A stretch of 64,000 bases of DNA from Parcubacteria group bacterium (GCA_041664225.1 JBAYLE010000004.1:10640-74639), one strand, 5' to 3'. Shown: positions 18,834 to 28,740, numbered from the stretch's first letter. Notes: a model not told the origin generated them from the letters alone. Made by a program: numbers and translations.

Positions 18834-20141
18834 ATGGAGGTTAAGTCAATGGAGCTTAAAGATTTAGCAGCAGAATTGGTTAGTATTGACACAGAAAGTA
18901 AGAAGTCCACGGTCAAGATGGCAGATTTCATCTGTGGTTATCTGGAGAGACGCGGTTTTGTTATCGAGAGATATCCATATTGGGACAAAATTAACAAAGT
19001 CGAAAAGGTGAATGTCATTGCGCGGAAGGGAGGACAGGAATCCAAACTGGTTTATTCCGGGCATATGGATACGGTTCCGTCCGGACCAGGATGGAAAACT
19101 CCCTCACTCACTCTCGTTGAAAAAAATGATAAAAAAGCTGGTGAAATATTTCAAGGCTTAGGTATCGCTGATATGAAATTCTTTCTCGCTGTTGCCATGA
19201 AAGCTGGCGAGGCCATTTCAACGGCAGAACTAAAGCACCCATTCGCTTTATGTTTCACGAGTGATGAGGAAGTTGGCTGTATTGGAGCAAGAAAACTTCG
19301 TGATGCTGTAAAACAACAAGGAAGAACAATCGGAGAATATATTGTTGTGGGCGAGCCGACAGAGTTTAAACCCGTGTATAGTCATAAGGGCTATATATCT
19401 CTCGAAGTTGTTATCGGTGTATTTGAGAAGGAGGGCAGGACAACTGGAGACAAAAGTAACCCATGCCATAGTTCTGATCCTAGCACAACGACAAATGCTG
19501 TCGAAAAGGCTCTATGTCCAGTAATCGATGAGCTTTGTAAATTCAGAGAAAATTTGGAAAATGTTCCTGATCCTCGCTTTAAACCGCCTTTTGCGACTAT
19601 GAATATTGGAGGAGACATTCATATAGGGAGAATAATCAAAAAGAAGAAAGAAAAGAAAGATTCTGCCGATGAAGATGATTATGAGTATATCCTGGATAAG
19701 GTCGCAAAGAATATTATTCCTCGGGGTTTCAGGGTTTATAGCGATATTAGACCACTACCAGGGCAGGTTCCAAATGATCTCGTAGAAATATTGGAATCAA
19801 ACATCAAAGAAAGGATTAATGGCATAAAAACTGCGGTTTCTAACGAGGAGTTCTATATTAAGGTTGGATGCCCGACGGGTATATCCGTCTCTCATCCAAT
19901 GGAGACTTCAAAAGATTCTTTGTTACTCAAGTCCATCGAAGAGATTAGCGGCTTTCAGGCCGGTACGGCTGCCTATAACACGGAAGGAGGCATATTTAAC
20001 CGAGCCGGAAGCGAATCAATTATTTGGGGACCCACTAATATTCTTCAGGCGCATAAGGATAATGAATATGTCCTTGCCGAGTTGTTCAAAGAAGAAACTG
20101 TGGAAAAATACATACAACTCATAAGGCGTATGTGTACCTAA
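18834..20141 (+). CDS. M20-family metallo-deacylase (acetylornithine deacetylase ArgE / DapE-like)
   Basis: YSGHMDTVP, GIADMK, DEEVG metal-ligand motifs; genomic context with argG/argH. Confidence 0.75.
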   Translation: MEVKSMELKDLAAELVSIDTESKKSTVKMADFICGYLERRGFVIERYPYWDKINKVEKVNVIARKGGQESKLVYSGHMDTVPSGPGWKTPSLTLVEKNDKKAGEIFQGLGIADMKFFLAVAMKAGEAISTAELKHPFALCFTSDEEVGCIGARKLRDAVKQQGRTIGEYIVVGEPTEFKPVYSHKGYISLEVVIGVFEKEGRTTGDKSNPCHSSDPSTTTNAVEKALCPVIDELCKFRENLENVPDPRFKPPFATMNIGGDIHIGRIIKKKKEKKDSADEDDYEYILDKVAKNIIPRGFRVYSDIRPLPGQVPNDLVEILESNIKERINGIKTAVSNEEFYIKVGCPTGISVSHPMETSKDSLLLKSIEEISGFQAGTAAYNTEGGIFNRAGSESIIWGPTNILQAHKDNEYVLAELFKEETVEKYIQLIRRMCT

Positions 20142-20145
20142 GGAG

Positions 20146-21213
20146 GTGTCAAAAATGGAAATCGTCAGAACAGTAAAGGAAATCCTTGATTATGTCAGAC
20201 AGTTCCGAGGAAAAATTATTGTTGTCAAAGTAAACAAGGATGTCTTGGCAGACAAGAAAAAACTCAACAATGTTATTCGGGACATGATTCTGTTGAAAAG
20301 CGCCGGGATTAAGATTGTCGCGACTCACTCGGAAGCTCGATTTACGCGTGACCAATGGCTCAGTCTCGAGCCCGTGTTTCTGGGTATTTCCACAATTTCG
20401 GGCATTACCGGCCAAATGGCAAAGGGAGCGACTCCGGTTGTTTATTTTGAAGAAACTCCGAAACTTTCGAGTGAAAAGGCAATTGTCAGTCTGGCCATAA
20501 AATTAGGCGCGGTAAAAATTGTCTATGTCACAAATTTCGATGGTATATTTGAGTCAGGGAAAAGATTGATTCATGAGATGGATGTTGAGCAGGCCAGAGA
20601 GCTTCTGAAAAAGTCTGGAGCTGTCACAGGGGAAGCAAGAAAACGTGTTGAGGTTGCGCTGATAGCCTGCGGACAAGGAATCCCGCGCATTCATATTATC
20701 GGGGCCAGAGAGGGAAGCTTGCTGAAAGAGATTCTGACCTGTCATGGAACAGGCACAATGATTTATAAAAGCATGTATCAGGAAATCGAACCGGCCAAGA
20801 AAAGTGAGGTAGCTGAAATATTCGGGATAATCAAGGAAGCGATCAAGCAAACATCGATTACCTTCGAACGTATCAAGAAAAAAATCGATAACTTCTGGGT
20901 CTTTGTGGTGGATGAGCAAGTCCATGGATGTATGTTGATCGAAAATGACACCGTTAGCAAAATATGTGAAATATCCTATCTAAGTGCTTCAGAAATGTAT
21001 AAAGATTCGCAGGTTTTCAAACGGCTCATTCTGTCTGCGCTCGAAAAGGTTCCGACTGATTTCAAATGCGTGTTTTTGTCTGTCGAAAAGAACACAAACT
21101 TGCTGGGCATTTACCCGTGGTTTAAGGAGCTTGGTTTTGCTAAAAGATTACCGGCGCAATGCGGGATAGCGGGAGAAAATCATTTTGAAGCATGGATAAG
21201 GATAACTGAATGA
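20146..21213 (+). CDS. Amino-acid kinase domain + C-terminal GNAT-like domain (N-acetylglutamate synthase ArgA-like / ArgB-like)
   Basis: N-terminal carbamate/amino-acid kinase fold signature (KIIVVKVNKDVL…), C-terminal acetyltransferase-like domain. Confidence 0.65.
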   Translation: MSKMEIVRTVKEILDYVRQFRGKIIVVKVNKDVLADKKKLNNVIRDMILLKSAGIKIVATHSEARFTRDQWLSLEPVFLGISTISGITGQMAKGATPVVYFEETPKLSSEKAIVSLAIKLGAVKIVYVTNFDGIFESGKRLIHEMDVEQARELLKKSGAVTGEARKRVEVALIACGQGIPRIHIIGAREGSLLKEILTCHGTGTMIYKSMYQEIEPAKKSEVAEIFGIIKEAIKQTSITFERIKKKIDNFWVFVVDEQVHGCMLIENDTVSKICEISYLSASEMYKDSQVFKRLILSALEKVPTDFKCVFLSVEKNTNLLGIYPWFKELGFAKRLPAQCGIAGENHFEAWIRITE

Positions 21214-21237
21214 AAATAAAAGCAGGATCATTTTGAA

Positions 21238-21276
21238 GCCGGAATTTGGTGTCTACCAAATTCCGGCATTTTTTAT
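21238..21276 (+). terminator. Strong intrinsic terminator
   Basis: Perfect 13-bp stem GCCGGAATTTGGT/ACCAAATTCCGGC, loop gtct, then ATTTTTTAT. Confidence 0.85.
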
Positions 21277-21343
21277 CAAAAAGTGCCAAAGAAGGATTTA
21301 TAGAAACAAAAAATTGAATTATTTTAAATAATTTAATTGTATC

Positions 21344-21372
21344 TTGATTAGATAAAAAGAATAGTGTATAAT
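21344..21372 (+). promoter_or_regulatory. sigma70-like promoter TTGATT-17-TATAAT (with GTG just upstream of -10)
   Basis: TTGATT 21344-21349, TATAAT 21367-21372. Confidence 0.55.
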
Positions 21373-21393
21373 CTAATGACGATTTTAAAAGGT

Positions 21394-21897
21394 ATGCATA
21401 TGAAAAATGAAATATCTGACAAAAACATTAAAATAGTTTCCGCAAAGCGTAAAGATTGTACGCATATTAGTCGGTTTATAAACGATAAATCGATGGGCGG
21501 AATTCTTCTGAAAAGAAGTCCTAAGCAGATTCTGGAAATGTGGAAAAATTTTTCGCTTGCCATGGACGGAGAAAAAATTATCGGGATAGTCGGTTTTAAA
21601 GTCCGGCTCGACGATCAACCGGAAATAATTTCTTTGGCGGTCAGCGATGTTTATCGCGGAATGGGAATCGGCACTAAATTGGTTGAACACAGCTTGGGAA
21701 AAATAAAGGAGCGTGGTTTTAAAATAGTCTTTGCGCTAACAACAGCGACACGGCTGTTTGAAAAACTGGGCTTTAAAAAAGTTTCTATAAAAAAATTTCC
21801 CCTTAAAGCTTGGGAAGATTGCAGATATTGTCCGCGCAATCTTGGCGGACCGGACAACCCGCTGTGTGATGAAGTCGCATTGAGCAAAAGATTGTAA
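21394..21897 (+). CDS. GNAT family acetyltransferase with C-terminal Cys cluster (CRYCPRNLGGPDNPLCD)
   Basis: VYRGMGIGTKLVEH motif A; ORF-track start 21364 is a GTG inside the -10 box so a downstream ATG (21376/21394/21400) is more likely. Confidence 0.65.
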   Translation: MHMKNEISDKNIKIVSAKRKDCTHISRFINDKSMGGILLKRSPKQILEMWKNFSLAMDGEKIIGIVGFKVRLDDQPEIISLAVSDVYRGMGIGTKLVEHSLGKIKERGFKIVFALTTATRLFEKLGFKKVSIKKFPLKAWEDCRYCPRNLGGPDNPLCDEVALSKRL

Positions 21898-22249
21898 CAG
21901 TTTTTTGCCAAAAAATTTCCTCTTTATTTTTAAATAGGCATCATGAATATTAGGTTTTAAATTTTTTACCAACACAATGAAATCACAAATTTACAATCAA
22001 GCCAGATATTATGAAATTGCTTTTAGTTTTGTGAATCCAAAAACCAAACTGCCTTAAATGGCAAATTTGAGTTTATCGGTTTTTTTGAAAGAGAAAGGGT
22101 CAGATTGCTTGATAAAATATCTTCTGATAACATCGCATTGCTCAGGAGAAAATAATAGTTTGAAAAATATCTTAATAAAACGCAAAAAATCTGGCCCCAA
22201 TCCGGTTTTTTTGTTTGGGGAATTGGCCTAAATGAGCTATATTTCATCA

Positions 22250-22278
22250 TTGACAAAAAGGCGTTTTGGGTGTATAAT
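22250..22278 (+). promoter_or_regulatory. Consensus sigma70 promoter TTGACA-17-TATAAT
   Basis: TTGACA 22250-22255, GGGTGTATAAT with TATAAT 22273-22278. Confidence 0.65.
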
Positions 22279-22351
22279 TGTTAATTCTGGTGATGGTAAG
22301 GTTTTTGACAAATAATCCCGCTTTCGCGGGAAAAAATATGGAGGAGGAAAG

Positions 22352-22612
22352 ATGAAAAAGATGTCAGTCGCGACAATTGTTTTTTTGCTCGTAAATATTC
22401 CGATTTTTGCGTTTGCAAAAGGCGGAAGAAGTTTTCTTAGTATGTTGAGAAAGCAATCCTATGACGAAGGATATGTCGTAGGCTATACAGCCGGATATGC
22501 TTCTATATCAATTCACACTTTCATTTGGGTGGCAGTTGGAGTGGTAATAGGAGCGGCAATAGGATTTCTCATTGCTAAAAAATATACTTACGGCAAAGGA
22601 GGCAAGTCATGA
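22352..22612 (+). CDS. Small membrane protein (signal peptide + C-terminal TM)
   Basis: SD GGAGGAGG; overlaps next gene by ATGA. Confidence 0.6.
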   Translation: MKKMSVATIVFLLVNIPIFAFAKGGRSFLSMLRKQSYDEGYVVGYTAGYASISIHTFIWVAVGVVIGAAIGFLIAKKYTYGKGGKS

Positions 22613-23622
22613 AGGCAAACAAGAAATGCGGGTTGGCGCTTACGGTTGCTTTTATTGTTTTATTCTGTATGACTGGAGGAGCGTACGCGGCGGATTTTGA
22701 TGGAGTGTTGAGCACTTCCATAAAAAATCTGCCAGGTAATGCGGATGTAGCGGGAATGGGCGGAGCTGATGTTGGAGCTCCGGTAGATTTTACTTCCCCG
22801 GATCCTTCGACTTTGGGCGCGGGCGAAGAAACAGCGTTTGGTTTCAGCGGAACATGTGGTTATATAACCGGCATGAACGGAAGATTCTGTGGCGGTTCAG
22901 TGGCAGCAAGATTGCCACTGGGAACACTGCAGGTTTCTTATTCCGGTGGGAATTCCGATTCGGTTTTCCTGCCGAAAGAGGGAGTTGATTTCAAGATCAA
23001 CCGCTCGAACTCCGCGACGATTCAATATGGAGTAAAAGTGGCCGAAAAAGTTTTTGGTTCGGAAGATAAGGTGTACGCCGGTGTCGGTGTCACGCCCTTC
23101 TCTGAAACAAGGACTACAATATTAATGGGCGGAACCAAACTGCTAAAAACCGACTCCAGCGAATATGCATTTAGTTTCGGGACTCATTACGAGAATAAGA
23201 ATTTTAATGCCGGTGCATTCTACGAATATTCTCATAGTTCTGATACTACAAAAGATCTCATTGCTGACGAAAAGGTAAATGAGAAATCAGAAAGCCATCT
23301 GTTCCGTACCGGTGCAAGCTACAAAATTGTCGAGGGTCTGATGGTCATTGCAAACTACCAATATGCAAATGTCGGTGGTTATGTGACCAACAGAATTTTC
23401 GGCGGTGCTGAAGTTTGCCCGATTGAATCTGTGTGTGGCTATGCCGGCCACAACGGCAGTGGATTCACAGGAGGCATCGGCATTTACCCATCAGACAGCT
23501 GGGGTATGAATCTAGCCTATGTCGACAATCTCGACAAAAAGCTGGAAGCCCAAATCGGCAAAAAACCATCGGTTATCATGTTTTCCCTTTATTATCTATT
23601 TCAGGATAAAAAGGGGAAATAA
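22609..23622 (+). CDS. Secreted Gly-rich protein, possibly beta-rich surface/porin-like
   Basis: Cleavable signal peptide (…GGAYA/ADF), alternating G/aromatic composition. Confidence 0.6.
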   Translation: MKANKKCGLALTVAFIVLFCMTGGAYAADFDGVLSTSIKNLPGNADVAGMGGADVGAPVDFTSPDPSTLGAGEETAFGFSGTCGYITGMNGRFCGGSVAARLPLGTLQVSYSGGNSDSVFLPKEGVDFKINRSNSATIQYGVKVAEKVFGSEDKVYAGVGVTPFSETRTTILMGGTKLLKTDSSEYAFSFGTHYENKNFNAGAFYEYSHSSDTTKDLIADEKVNEKSESHLFRTGASYKIVEGLMVIANYQYANVGGYVTNRIFGGAEVCPIESVCGYAGHNGSGFTGGIGIYPSDSWGMNLAYVDNLDKKLEAQIGKKPSVIMFSLYYLFQDKKGK

Positions 23623-23632
23623 ATAGATCAAA

Positions 23633-23675
23633 GCAAGTCCTTGCGGGAACAATCGCAAGGGCTTGATTTTTTTTC
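23633..23675 (+). terminator. Intrinsic terminator (11-bp stem, T8)
   Basis: gcaagtccttgcg…cgcaagggcttg then TTTTTTTT. Confidence 0.8.
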
Positions 23676-23694
23676 AGAAGTGTGCTAAGCTATT

Positions 23695-24426
23695 TTGAAA
23701 ACAAAAAACTTAATGCCCACGGGGCGGGAGGTGAGTTCGTTGAAAAAATCGATTGATTTTACAAGAATGACCAAAGTTTTTATCGGCCAAAATGCTGTTT
23801 CAGCCTTTTTTTTCTGGCTTGTTAGGATCTTCATACGTCCAAAAATTTATGGACTGGAAAAGCTTAGAGGCCTGCTTAAATTACACAAATCATCAGGGCT
23901 AGGCATCGTCTTTGTCAGCAACCATATCAATAAGTCAGATCCCTTGCTGATTCTTCACTCCATGCCGTTATCGCTAAAGGTTGGGTTAGGCGCGATAACC
24001 TTTTTGGGCAAGGAAGGACTTTTCAACAAGCCGTGGAAGGACAGGTTGATGAGATCGCTGGGAGTCGTTCCAGTTAGGGACAATTCCTTGCTCGGGTTGA
24101 GAGGTATTTTAAAACTGATAGAAAAAGGAGAAAAAATATTTTACTTTCCCGAGGGTACTGTCTCAAAGGACGGCAATCTTGGTGAAGATTCTGGGTCTGC
24201 TAACTTCTATGCCAAGCACGCTAAGTTTATTCTTCAGCCTGTGAGGGTGAGCGGTATGCGAGGCTGGAAAAAGGATTGGAAAAACATTTTTTGCTTTAGA
24301 CGAAAGTATACGATATGTTTTCTGGAACCTCTTATTGTGGAAAGGGGAACACAGATCAACGCTCTCGCGGAGACTCAAAAAGGGACACAAAACTATGTGT
24401 CAGATGCTAAGGTCAAGGGAGATTAG
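23695..24426 (+). CDS. Lysophospholipid (1-acyl-glycerol-3-phosphate) acyltransferase, PlsC family
   Basis: H-x4-D motif NHINKSD and FPEGTVS motif. Confidence 0.7.
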   Translation: MKTKNLMPTGREVSSLKKSIDFTRMTKVFIGQNAVSAFFFWLVRIFIRPKIYGLEKLRGLLKLHKSSGLGIVFVSNHINKSDPLLILHSMPLSLKVGLGAITFLGKEGLFNKPWKDRLMRSLGVVPVRDNSLLGLRGILKLIEKGEKIFYFPEGTVSKDGNLGEDSGSANFYAKHAKFILQPVRVSGMRGWKKDWKNIFCFRRKYTICFLEPLIVERGTQINALAETQKGTQNYVSDAKVKGD

Positions 24427-24480
24427 AACCGGAGATGATTAAAGGGTTTGCGCCTGATAATCAGCTCCGGTTTTTTGTTT
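24427..24480 (+). terminator. Long imperfect hairpin + TTTTTTGTTTT
   Basis: AACCGGAG…CTCCGGTT outer stem with inner gatgatta/taatcagc. Confidence 0.7.
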
Positions 24481-24528
24481 TCCCTGTTTTCGTGCTAGAA
24501 TATTTAAATCAACGAGAAACACAATAAA

Positions 24529-25635
24529 TTGCTTTTATTTATGGCGGAGAAAACAGCAAAAATTAACAGGAAAAATAGTAATCCAAATGGCATTCATTAC
24601 CTCATTGAATTTTTTGGGTGTGAGGCGGAGCAAATAGACTCCGTCGATTTTTGGAAAAAAATTCTTCCCGAAGCAGTCAAGGGAACAACGATGGGAGTGC
24701 TGCATAGTTATTTCCATAAATTTAATCCGAAAGGAGTTACAGGCTTTCTTCTCTTATCATCGTCCCATATTTCGGTGCATACTTGGCCAGAAAATGGATA
24801 TGTAGCTTGTGATATTTTTACTTGCTCCAGCAAAAAAGAAACTGATTTGGTTCTCGCGAGACTAACTGAAGGCGTGATCCATGATCATGCAAACATAGAA
24901 AAAGTTAATCGCGGATACCAATTCTTAAATCTGCCGATTTTTTGCAACGGGGATATGATGAAGATTGAGATAAATAAAGTTTTACATGAAGTTCAATCTG
25001 ATTTTCAAAAAATAGTCATTGCTGACACAAAGGAATATGGAAAATGCTTGATTATCGATGACGTGATGCAAACTGCTGAAACTGATCATGAAATCTATGA
25101 TAGTGAAATGCTTAGGCAAATGAAAAAAACCGATAAAAACATCTTGATTCTAGGTGGTGGAGATGGCTATGTTGCACAAATAGCTTTGCGAAACAATCCG
25201 AAGCTCAATATTGATATAATAGATTTAGATATTGAAGTGGTGAAGAGTGCTCAAAAATTTTTGAACCAGGTTGTTTTTGATGACAAAAAAGTTAATTTGT
25301 CCATCGGAGATGCGTTACATTTTTTGAAAGTCGGAGATAAGTTATATGATGGAATCGCGTGTGATCTGACGGATACGCCCATTGGTACTAAAAAAGAAGC
25401 AATTGAGTTCAAAAAGTTTTTCGAAAAGATCCTTGCGCTTTCAAAAAATAGATTGAGAAATGGAGGATGGGTGAGCGTCCAAAGTGGAGCTTCTTGCACA
25501 GCGGAAGGCTTCATTGATGAAGCGGCTATTATTGAAAAAATACTTCAGGTAAATTTTACAGACATAACTCGCAGTGATGTTTTTATACCGAGTTATGGTG
25601 AATCTTGTGCTTTTTTGTTCGGTAAAAAGGCGTAA
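24529..25635 (+). CDS. Fusion: class-1b S-adenosylmethionine decarboxylase proenzyme (SpeH/SpeD) + spermidine synthase (SpeE)
   Basis: N-domain HYLIEFFGCE…SSSHISVHTWPENGYVACDIFTC; C-domain ILGGGDGYVAQ, CDLTDTPIG. Confidence 0.8.
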   Translation: MLLFMAEKTAKINRKNSNPNGIHYLIEFFGCEAEQIDSVDFWKKILPEAVKGTTMGVLHSYFHKFNPKGVTGFLLLSSSHISVHTWPENGYVACDIFTCSSKKETDLVLARLTEGVIHDHANIEKVNRGYQFLNLPIFCNGDMMKIEINKVLHEVQSDFQKIVIADTKEYGKCLIIDDVMQTAETDHEIYDSEMLRQMKKTDKNILILGGGDGYVAQIALRNNPKLNIDIIDLDIEVVKSAQKFLNQVVFDDKKVNLSIGDALHFLKVGDKLYDGIACDLTDTPIGTKKEAIEFKKFFEKILALSKNRLRNGGWVSVQSGASCTAEGFIDEAAIIEKILQVNFTDITRSDVFIPSYGESCAFLFGKKA

Positions 25636-25673
25636 ATTTTGACATTTTGCTTTATTTAAGCTAAAAAACAGTA

Positions 25674-25701
25674 ACGCTCCTTGACGGAGCGTCTTTTTAG
25701 G
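25674..25701 (+). terminator. Intrinsic terminator acgctcc-ttgac-ggagcgt + CTTTTT
   Basis: 7-bp stem, T-run; loop supplies -35 of next promoter. Confidence 0.7.
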
Positions 25702-25709
25702 TGTATAAT
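25681..25709 (+). promoter_or_regulatory. Promoter TTGACG-17-TATAAT
   Basis: TTGACG 25681-25686, GGTGTATAAT with TATAAT 25704-25709. Confidence 0.55.
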
Positions 25710-25769
25710 AGACAATCAGGATAGTTTTTAACTATTTTGAGACAGTAACTTAAAAATTTTACCCGAGAG

Positions 25770-26315
25770 GTGTGTATCATGAACGCTATTTTTAGGCGCA
25801 TCGTTGACACCTTTTTCGGTGTCGAAGAATATCAGGAATTAAAGAAAAAAGGAATCATTACAGGATTTTCATTTTCAGCTCTTTTCGGGGCTGAGTGGGG
25901 ACTGGTCGTTTTGGCGCAAGCACTGGTGACATTTCTTGTGAAGATCCACTGGTCGGAGATGCAAATATTCCTGCTGTTGTGGATTGGCAATATGGTTGTT
26001 TCATCCATCATCATCATTGTAAATAGCAAGGTTGATGGTGATCCGACACTTATGGAGGGTTCCCGCCGGCTTGTCGATTTGGCTTTCAAAAAGTCAATAA
26101 TTGGCGGTTGCATAATGGAGCTTCTCTATTTCATCGGACTCGTTGTTTGGGCGGAAACATCCTCGTTCTATATTTTTTTTAGAAAGAGGCTTGGACCGTT
26201 TCCAATGCGCGTAATTACTTTTGTTGCAGTTTCAGCTGTCAAGATGTATATCTGGACGAAGGTGTATATGTTTGGTGTTAGCGTGATTGACGTAATTTGG
26301 AATTTACTAAAATAA
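25770..26315 (+). CDS. Integral membrane protein, unknown function
   Basis: Multiple hydrophobic helices; start may be 25779 (MNAIF). Confidence 0.55.
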   Translation: MCIMNAIFRRIVDTFFGVEEYQELKKKGIITGFSFSALFGAEWGLVVLAQALVTFLVKIHWSEMQIFLLLWIGNMVVSSIIIIVNSKVDGDPTLMEGSRRLVDLAFKKSIIGGCIMELLYFIGLVVWAETSSFYIFFRKRLGPFPMRVITFVAVSAVKMYIWTKVYMFGVSVIDVIWNLLK

Positions 26316-26334
26316 GGAGAGGAGGTGAATTGAA

Positions 26335-26862
26335 ATGAAGCCAGAATTTAAGTTCTTGCATCCAAATGATTTCACGCAGGAAATTAAAGACCAGATTATT
26401 GATCTCGGAAAAAGAAGCGGCGTATGGCAGGAATCGGATATCGAATATTACAAAAAGCAATTTCCAAATCCGAGAAATATCAACATTGTGTATCAGAACG
26501 AAGAGGGGCTAATTACTGGCTTTATTCTGGCAAGACCCCACAATGAGGCGGTGTTAGACTATTTGGTCGAAGATCCCAAAATGACAAAAAGTGACACGGG
26601 AATGTTTTACATTGATCACGTTGGTGTTGATGAGTCCGTTTCCGGGAAGTTTCTTGGGCTGCATCTCATTATTGAGATGATTAAAGAGGCTAACAAGCGT
26701 GGAGTTTTCAGATTCTCTGCACACTGCAGGGTGATTAATGGTCTCAGTAAGGTTATCCAACGCAAGTTCAGGGCAGGCGTGGATGTTGTTAGAAGAATTG
26801 AGGAGTATACAGACTGTAACAACGAACCCTGTGATTATCTGGAGATTGAAGTTGTTCTCTAG
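26335..26862 (+). CDS. Hypothetical protein, GNAT-like fold suspected
   Basis: FYIDHVGVDESVSGKFLGLHLIIEMIKEA resembles GNAT beta4-alpha3 acetyl-CoA site; weak. Confidence 0.45.
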   Translation: MKPEFKFLHPNDFTQEIKDQIIDLGKRSGVWQESDIEYYKKQFPNPRNINIVYQNEEGLITGFILARPHNEAVLDYLVEDPKMTKSDTGMFYIDHVGVDESVSGKFLGLHLIIEMIKEANKRGVFRFSAHCRVINGLSKVIQRKFRAGVDVVRRIEEYTDCNNEPCDYLEIEVVL

Positions 26863-26953
26863 GCTCCGTGGTGGAAATCATCACTGGGCCTTTTTTATTT
26901 TACTTCCTTTTGATTTTCTGTTATATTTTGAGAGTGGATATCCTTATTAATAT

Positions 26954-28645
26954 ATGTGCAACTCCGCACCACAATTACTTTATTATACATACATCCCAGT
27001 TTTAGTGGGGACACTTGTATTGGGCTTCTTAGTTTTTTTGAGCAATAGAAAAAATTTAAGCGGTCGTCTGTTTTTTTTATTATCCATAAATACTTCCCTA
27101 TGGATTTTTTTGAATATGATGACTTGGCGGAGCGTGAATCTTGATAGCGTAGAGTTTTTCGATAAGCTCTCCATAGTAGGGATTATTGTGCCGGCAATAT
27201 TTCTCTATTTCAGCTATGTTTTTCCAGATGAAAAAAATATATCGATGAAGAAGGCCATGATCATATTTCTGCCTCTTTTGCCTTTCATCTTTTTAGCAGC
27301 GACAAGTCTTAATATTAAGTCAATTAATTCCTCAACTTCTGATTGCGAGTCGGTTGTGGGCCCACTTTATTATTTAATCCCCCTGATTTTTATTTTGTAT
27401 TGTGTGTGGTCGGTAGTTATTTTATTTACAAAATTTAGAAACGGAAATGAACAGGCAAAAAAACAAATAAAACTTGTACTGGTGGGATTTGTGATTTTTA
27501 TAGTGTGGGCAACCATTACCAATGTAGTCGCTCAACTAGTTGGTCCTGATAGTCTTTCCTTTTTTGGTCCCATTGGAGCAATAATTTTTATGTCTTTTGT
27601 TGCTTATGCAATCGTCAAATACCAGCTTCTAAGTATAAAGCTTATTGCTGCTCAAGCATTGACAGTCGTGATTTGGATATTGGTTGCTTCACAATACTTT
27701 TTTACAGACTCAACTACAAATATAATTCTCATAACCTTTACACTTCTCCTTTCAATTGGCTTTGGCATAATGCTCGTTAAATCTGTCAAACTCGAAGTTA
27801 AGCGCAAAGAAGAACTTCAGCAGATGTCAGACAAACTGTCGGAAGCCAATGATCAGTTGCGGAAATTGGATAATTCCAAATCGGAATTTATTTCCATCGC
27901 CTCTCATCAGTTGCGCACCCCCCTCACTGCCATCAAGGGCTTTGTTTCATTGCTTTTGGAAGGATCGTATGGCCAAGTTGTTCCCAAACAGCAGGATGTT
28001 TTGAATAAGGTATATACATCAAACGAGCGGCTAGTGACGCTGGTTGAAGATCTTTTGAACATTTCTCGCATGGAATCAGGAAGAATGGAATTTAAATTCG
28101 CGCCGTGGAACATGGAAACGGTCTGCCAGGAAGTCATGGACACTTTCATCCAGCGGGCTAAGTTTGAAAAGAAGTCTTTGGAATTCAAAAAGCCGGAAAT
28201 TCCTCTGCCGGAAGTCATGATTGATGGCACGAAAGTGCGGGAAGTTATTTCCAATATGGTGGACAACGCTTTGAAATATACGCCGAAAGGGGGAGTTACC
28301 CTCAAAGTTGAGCAGGCTGACGCGTCGCGCTACACGCCGAATAAAAATGGAGACATTGAGGACAAACCGATTGTTGGTCCGGTTATTCGCGTCACGGTTT
28401 CCGATACGGGCATTGGAATTCCAGTTACCGAATTGCCATATCTCTTTGCTAAGTTTTCCCGCGGCAAAGACGTTTCGCGCTTGAACACCGGTGGAACCGG
28501 GCTGGGCCTCTATGTCGGCCGTTCCATGATTGAAAACAACGGCGGCAAAATCTGGGCCGAATCAGACGGCGAAGGCCAAGGCTCGCGCTTCATCATTGAA
28601 ATCCCGATGCACCAGAGCAAGGAGCTGATGGAAAGGTGGGGATAA
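26954..28645 (+). CDS. Sensor histidine kinase with N-terminal multi-TM (7TM-type) sensing domain
   Basis: H-box SHQLRTPLTAIKGF, N-box NALKYT, DTGIGI, GGTGLGL ATP lid. Confidence 0.9.
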   Translation: MCNSAPQLLYYTYIPVLVGTLVLGFLVFLSNRKNLSGRLFFLLSINTSLWIFLNMMTWRSVNLDSVEFFDKLSIVGIIVPAIFLYFSYVFPDEKNISMKKAMIIFLPLLPFIFLAATSLNIKSINSSTSDCESVVGPLYYLIPLIFILYCVWSVVILFTKFRNGNEQAKKQIKLVLVGFVIFIVWATITNVVAQLVGPDSLSFFGPIGAIIFMSFVAYAIVKYQLLSIKLIAAQALTVVIWILVASQYFFTDSTTNIILITFTLLLSIGFGIMLVKSVKLEVKRKEELQQMSDKLSEANDQLRKLDNSKSEFISIASHQLRTPLTAIKGFVSLLLEGSYGQVVPKQQDVLNKVYTSNERLVTLVEDLLNISRMESGRMEFKFAPWNMETVCQEVMDTFIQRAKFEKKSLEFKKPEIPLPEVMIDGTKVREVISNMVDNALKYTPKGGVTLKVEQADASRYTPNKNGDIEDKPIVGPVIRVTVSDTGIGIPVTELPYLFAKFSRGKDVSRLNTGGTGLGLYVGRSMIENNGGKIWAESDGEGQGSRFIIEIPMHQSKELMERWG

Positions 28646-28684
28646 TACGGCAATTTTCAATTTTCAATTTTCAAACAAAAGGAG

Positions 28685-28705
28685 AGGCCGGAAGGCCTTT
28701 TTTCG
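28685..28705 (+). terminator. Small GC hairpin aggcc-ggaa-ggcct + T6
   Basis: Directly after HK gene and an (AATTTTC)3 microrepeat at 28650-28675. Confidence 0.55.
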
Positions 28706-28740
28706 TTTCAAAAAATCTGATTTTGAACTATAATATAATT

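Noticed and set aside
28646-28676. Possible CRISPR array at the AATTTC repeats
   Set aside because: Units are 6-7 nt with no unique spacers and no cas genes. This is a microsatellite-like repeat, not a CRISPR.
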